Assembly (NCBI GenBank): GCA_001600815.1
Contig: BCKZ01000013.1
Location: forward strand, 286,478 to 350,477
Length of the DNA stretch: 64,000 nucleotides
Reading direction: 5' to 3'
Source of the DNA: Alloascoidea hylecoeti
Lineage: Eukaryota
Numbering within the stretch: the first letter of the stretch is position 1; every line of letters begins with the position of its first letter. The notes under the pieces are model-generated. The model was not told the origin of the DNA, did not search any database, and was given only the letters and a program-made list of their open reading frames with translations. The translations under genes and the position numbers were made by a program. Shown here one piece after another: positions 59,136-64,000 of the stretch.

Positions 59136-60176
59136 TTATATCGCGATATCTGCAATTCTACTAGGAGCAGTATCAGTTATAGTCATATACCCTCCAGGAC
59201 AATTGTTCGTCTCGATCTTGTATTCACTCTTTAATTTCTTTTCATATTTTATTCTCTGTTTTCCTTGCCACCGAGCCATTTTTGCATATGAGTGAACTTT
59301 GAAACCAAATATTGTTGGTACATACTTAGAAATAGGATGTATTGGTAATAAATGAGGATAATTTTGCAAAAACATGGCTGTAAATGATGTTCCAATAAAG
59401 GCGCCATCCATTTTATTAAGTCGAGAAGATTTAGGATTAAATAAATCTTCACATTTAGGACAATATAACTTAACTGTATTAACCCTTGGAAAATCATCAA
59501 GTCCTATAGGTAAAAGTTGTTGTAATGAACAACCAACTCTAGGGCAATATCCAAAATCTGCCTGTTGATATTTTTCCAACTAAATATAGCAAAACATGAT
59601 TAGAATAAGTTGATCAGTTGATTATAAACGTATATAGACAGTAAATACCAAACTAACTCACCATTTTATGTAATCCTCGGGGTGTGAGGATATATCTAGC
59701 ATGAACTAATCCGTAAAATAAATTTGCATATCTTTCCAACGTAGCTAGATCCTCTCTGTCCGCATAAGCATCTGGAGTTTCAATTAGCATAAATATATAA
59801 GAGTATAAAAAGGACAAAATGTAACTGAACTATGTTCCTTTTTTGAATATATTGTTACTTACCTGTGGTGCTTGTCACAAATGAAATGATTGTCCCCATA
59901 TTGGGAATGAAAGCGTTTATACCAGTCAAGTTAAATCTGTCTTTGATGAACTCGGGATCGACATCACATAGATATTCAGTCCCTTTCATATTTAACAATC
60001 GATCGATCCAGTACTCTAGATAATTAAATCATTAATATTAAAATTAAGTACTAACATAGTCCACAGTAAGAAACCAAGTACAAAATGCTTCGGGAAAATG
60101 TTTGAATAATATTGTCTACTGCATTATACACACCTGTGAAATCTGATCCCGAATCTTCTATGTATTCTTCAGCCAT
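59136..60176 (-). CDS. CKB2: Casein kinase II beta' subunit; exons 60176-60134, 60015-59863, 59771-59662, 59579-59136 (249 aa)
   Basis: Spliced frame reads MAEEYIEDSGSDFTEYWID..EYLCDVDPEFIKDRFNLTG..FYGLVHARYILT.RGL.KM.EKY...DFGYCPRV.C..LYCPKC; all introns GT-AG. Confidence 0.92.
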
Positions 60177-63100
60177 TTGAAAATTTTGTAGGGTTGATCT
60201 TTAGATATATTTTTTTTTATTTTTGCATTCGAGTTGTATATATGTTGAAGAGAGAAGTTTGGAGGTTTCACTCACATCCCCACAATTTGAAAATAACTCC
60301 GAACTGATAGAAACCCAAGCAAAATTATGAATTCTCAACAATTTTTTTGTTATAAGAGGAAAAATTAAGCATAAGTTGAAGTATTATGGTTATTATAGAT
60401 ATTTATAGATGATATTAATGACAGGATTCCAAGGGAATTTCATTCTGTTTTTGGTTTTGCTTTAATGATGGGTGAACTTTAAGTCCGATAGTTAGGCGGA
60501 TATCTATGGAATTATAACAAACACAAAGCCGATTTTTTATATGGAAGACATTGAGAAAAATATATAAGAATGTTATATTCCTCTCGGATTTGATTTAATT
60601 TCTCTCCTTCTTTTACTTCCTTTTGACTTTGAAAAATCATCACTCACTAGTTACAACAATGAGTCCGTTCTTAGTGTTAACTTAAAGAATATAAATGACC
60701 AACCTCCGGAGCTTCAGATAGCCATAACACTAGTACTCCCAAAATCCAGGCATGGAGGTAAGAATATTTCTGATAATATGCTTGGTCAAAGAATTAAGAA
60801 TGTCTTCACTTCGCTACAACTACTTTATGTCTTACTGGTCAGTATAATATAAGAAGCTTATACAGCATATAGTTGCTATATGAATACTGTCTAGAATGAA
60901 TCATGAACTTATTATACCACCAGCGTCTTTGTTATATTAAAAAGTTCAAATATATGTCTTGATAAAGAGTTATAGAAATCATCCGATTCTTACCCAGATA
61001 TCTGATTGACAATGAATGGTATCATTGTTCTTGAGGTATTTTATTATAGGCACACGACCCAACTTGAATTGGTGAGATACATTCTATAGCTATACATACA
61101 TAAAGATGGGAGTGGTTTCAATTGAATGATCCAGAACAAATACGCCTGTGCTATAATTTGCAGAAACTATCGTGAGAGAATATTTTCGGGATTTCAGTAT
61201 AATATCTCGATAAAAGGGTTCCCTGATAACATTGAAACATCTAAACGTACTCAAAAAGTTGCAATTGAACTTTCCTGAAATTGTTGATACTGTGCTCCTT
61301 GATGAAAAATATTGAAAAATATTGTGGCCGTACCCGTATTAATTATCGGTGTTTTCCCCTTATGTCTACAATGTACATCATTCTAATTAATATCCAAATA
61401 TCATGATGTTATTATCAAGAGAATACATGCAGAAAGTTATACACAACGAGTAATTTCTTTGTTGATATCCCTGAACTTGAAAATATTGATCATAACACAA
61501 AATTCTAGATCTGAATATCTTTTAACAGGCCAATTTCTCGACATTCTAAAGTTTGGGTCATTTGATCAAATGCAACAGCATTTAAAGTTTGATACCTCTA
61601 CATTATTATTACTTTGTGATGAAGAAGTCTAAGGCGATGCAGTAAAAGGAGTTAATTATAAGTGGATTTAATAAAAATAAACTTTAATAGTCTTCAAGAG
61701 TTATATGCATTTAAAATGTCATCTCAATTGATGCAATTTCAAACTTTTTCAGTGAAATTCAGATTGGATCAGTAAACTGAACGATTTTGTTTATTAGTAA
61801 TAATTATAATTAACAACCATTCTTAATATTAATAATTATATCTTCGTTTTTCAAGAAGTTCGGGTTAATAATAATGATCTTATATACGCACTGTACACAA
61901 ATCAGCCGGTGTGATGTTTCTTATTATTTCATCTTATTTAACTTGTATTTTTTTAATCTAGATCAATTACAATCTCAATTATCGATTGTAATTGCAATTG
62001 AACATGATAATAAGCCTAATAAAATATAACGAAAAGTAACAATACATTAAATGTGTTAAGCTGGGTATATAACAAATATAGTTATGATGTTAATTCTGGG
62101 TTCTAAAACGCTCTTATTTCCACCTTATAATCGAAAGAAACCTATACTCTCCGGTTCCTCAAATTATCCGGAGCATGCAAATAACGGTTGCAATGGGTAT
62201 GGTTGTTGCGTTGCTTCTGACATCAGCTGTTGCAAAAATATTACTGCTATATGTTGGAGCAGTCCACACACGATACATTCATGAGACCTGAAACTTTCGA
62301 AATCTAATATTAACATTTGATCAGATAACTCCAACTTCGTACATATTTTTCTTTGTCTCAATTCTACATTTGAAATTTCTCCGAAGGCAGTTGTCAATTT
62401 GAGGCTTGAAGGATATTTAAATTTTTAATGGCTACTGTTGTTGTTCATGAAAATTCAAATTCAAGACAATGGTGTTGCATCTGCATATCTGTATTCGCCA
62501 TCTGTTTGTTCAATTGCAACGACAAAATATAGATCATAATGTCAATTGATCAACTCTATTAAGCTCCAGTGTTAAATGATCGATGGTTATATAATTAACA
62601 CTGAAAATGGGTTGTACCAATATATACAATACGCGGGTGAGATTAAGTATAAGCTTTTAAAGTTATATAACGCTACACTTGAAATTACTGGTCAATTAGA
62701 CATATACATAGATACATATATGAATATTATCAGTTTTACCCAAGCTATTATTTACTTAGTACTCATGTGAGTTCATACATCGCGAACACTATTTTTGAAT
62801 TCATATTTCCATATAAGCTTAACATTGAGTGAAATATAGCTAGCGCTCTAGAGCCTTACATGTTACAATAAAGACAATAATAGTCACAATATATATCTGA
62901 AGCTTATAATAAAGTTGAATATAATCAACCATTGAAATTTTGAGATCATTTTATGTATAGATTTATATGTTAATATTCTTATATAGCGTATCTATATCAC
63001 ATTATTTTTTCATTAATAATAGTTAAAACTTTCCATTATAGTACGTGATTACATACAACGCTCAGTACAATTGCGATCGAAATATATTTATTTTAAGCAT

Positions 63101-64000
63101 AAAATAATAAAATATTTGCAATACAATTGCAATAAGGAACATTTCTTTAAACTACCTGTAATAGGTTTCGTTCTATAATCTTCATATGGGCTTAAAAAAC
63201 AGTGTCAAATATTGTAGGTCTTTGAAAATGATGATCCCTTAAAATATGAAGAATTGAAACAAATGTACCATGATAGTTTCAAATTTAAAAATATTAATAG
63301 CTATAGGTATAAGTTTCAAAAAAATACTTTTACGGAAACAATTCAATGTGATGATTAAATTTAAAAGATCAAACAATTGCAAGCTTAAGTTTAGAAAGAC
63401 CAGCGTTATATAATCTACTTTTGATATATTCTGTAGCTAAAAGTAAATAAGGTATACGCGTATAGTAGGTATAGTAATAACCATTGAAAAATAATTATAT
63501 AAGTTACATAACCATACAATACTTGTCAAGTTCTCATATATATCCTTACAATACTAGTGTTAAAATCTATCAATATTATATAAAGATATATAGTGTTAAT
63601 CAAACTAAGGTTATAGGTTATACTAGCTTGTGTGATTTAGTTTTAATTGCAATATTGGCATGTTTACTTGCAATTGAAATCAGCATTAGGATACTAAAGA
63701 CGATTTCGTAGCTAGTTATATAAAGCAGCAGTGCTTCTACTTGAAGAATTGGGAGATATTAGACCATCTATCTTACTAAAACTATAACAATTCATGTAAG
63801 AGTATGATTTTTGATTAATTGCTTTTTGATGATGATCATGATATTTGAAGTATTAAATTATGTTCCCAACTACTATAGAGCTAGCTATCCTTACTCCTTT
63901 TTTCAATTTTTTCTATTTTGAAGGTAAACCAAGACTGAGTTTGTTGGCAAATTTGATCCGCAAGGCAATTCGCTCAATTATAATGATAATTACATCGGTT

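Noticed and set aside
59136..59579. 147-aa stand-alone ORF
   Set aside because: It is the last exon of spliced CKB2
60690..61640. Coding-like, stop-riddled stretch with LRR-like words (LNLKILII); similar patches at ~50480-50700 and ~8280-8520
   Set aside because: No recognisable family; cannot distinguish pseudogene from noise
1..64000. tRNA, rRNA, CRISPR arrays, intact transposons
   Set aside because: GTTCGA/TCGAAC hits (e.g. ~41000, ~52095, ~52912) lack cloverleaf context; no repeat-spacer arrays, LTR pairs, RT or transposase ORFs seen

Overview
AT-rich budding-yeast (Saccharomycotina) nuclear DNA, probably outside Saccharomycetaceae, as suggested by an eIF3f gene, a three-intron CKB2 and relaxed CTAAT-type branch points. 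Two assembly gaps are present. Left to right: tandem GH28 endopolygalacturonases, a GFD2/YDR514C-like DEDDh-fold protein, DCW1, IFA38, a secreted aspartyl protease, APC13/SWM1, LGE1, ELO2, SNT1, a degenerate CDC6, AMN1, a GPI adhesin with a Flo11-like head and collagen-like Gly-X-Y stalk, a ~9 kb gene-poor tract, a small GPI protein, a head-to-head PHO84 pair, an ABC1/UbiB kinase, eIF3f, a Thr-rich GPI protein and CKB2. Local inverted duplication recurs. (i) The two PHO84 genes form ~1.8 kb near-identical inverted arms around a 1.4 kb bidirectional promoter and differ essentially only at the N-terminus and the first extracellular loop, a candidate flip/flop (invertible promoter) or gene-conversion system. 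(ii) IFA38 is bracketed by inverted APC13 relics. (iii) The GFD2-like 5' end has a 200-bp inverted copy. Gene names are from motif recognition only; no searches were run.
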